Below, piece by piece: positions 63,805 to 64,000 of a stretch of DNA of 64,000 nucleotides. The notes under the pieces are model-generated. The model was not told the origin of the DNA. It saw only the letters and a list, made by a program, of their open reading frames with translations, and made no database searches. The translations under genes and the position numbers were made by a program. Source of the DNA: Escherichia coli (GTDB taxonomy: Bacteria > Pseudomonadota > Gammaproteobacteria > Enterobacterales > Enterobacteriaceae); NCBI RefSeq assembly GCF_046105845.1, contig NZ_CP151004.1; one strand, 5' to 3'. How positions within the stretch are numbered: the first letter of the stretch is position 1; each line of letters opens with the position of its first letter.

Positions 63805-64000
63805 TCAACAATGAAACTCAATGAACTCTCGCCATTGTGGTGTCGCATTATTTTTCACTAAGAAATCGTTTCTTTCATCAGGTGATAGACTGTGCCAGAA
63901 CGGAGACCAAATACTCTCCCACCAGAACTCAACTTCTCCTTGTAAGCTACCGAAAGTATCGGGTTCCAACTCAGGAAAAACATCCCATGGCACAGGTTCT
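63805..64000 (-). CDS. hypothetical Trp-rich protein, probably 5'-truncated by the window end
   Basis: Minus-strand frame is open to the window edge; C-terminal sequence ...FWWESIWSPFWHSLSPDERNDFLVKNNATPQWREFIEFHC; no recognisable family. Confidence 0.3.
   Translation of the reverse strand, partial: EPVPWDVFPELEPDTFGSLQGEVEFWWESIWSPFWHSLSPDERNDFLVKNNATPQWREFIEFHC

Overview
The window reads as an Escherichia coli chromosomal segment, in reverse orientation to the K-12 map as I recall it; all homology calls are from reading the translations and gene order, with no database search. Left to right: a partial alpha/beta hydrolase and an Old Yellow Enzyme-like oxidoreductase; ykgR with Zur-box-controlled ykgM/ykgO; the ecpRABCDE common pilus operon; ykgJ; yagU; paoABCD; an MFS transporter/secreted hydrolase/LysR block; a tRNA-Thr (thrW) with an integrase scar; proA-proB-phoE-crl-frsA-gpt-pepD; prfH/rtcB remnants; yafP-yafO-yafN-dinB with its LexA box; lafU/lfhA remnants; yafL, yafK, yafJ, gmhA, fadE, ivy, yafV. 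From about 45.2 kb to the window end lies the distal part of a type VI secretion (T6SS) island: a TssA-family membrane protein, tssE, tssJ, tssG, tssF, tssA, tssM and vgrG. The most interesting content is two visibly AT-rich cargo cassettes inside this island: a PAAR-domain protein with a C-terminal HExxH domain plus a lipoprotein-like partner (51027..52863), and a VgrG-adjacent HExxH protein followed by two signal-peptide proteins (59127..61252). Both are candidate, uncharacterized metallopeptidase-type effector/immunity modules. Other points worth a second look are a Ros/MucR-type zinc-finger regulator overlapping a SymE-like toxin fragment at the island edge, a second degenerate copy of the ykgR/ykgO flanks, and a MobA/MocA-like gene stub after paoD. 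The sheath, tube and ATPase genes (tssB/C, hcp, clpV, tssK/L) are not in the window.
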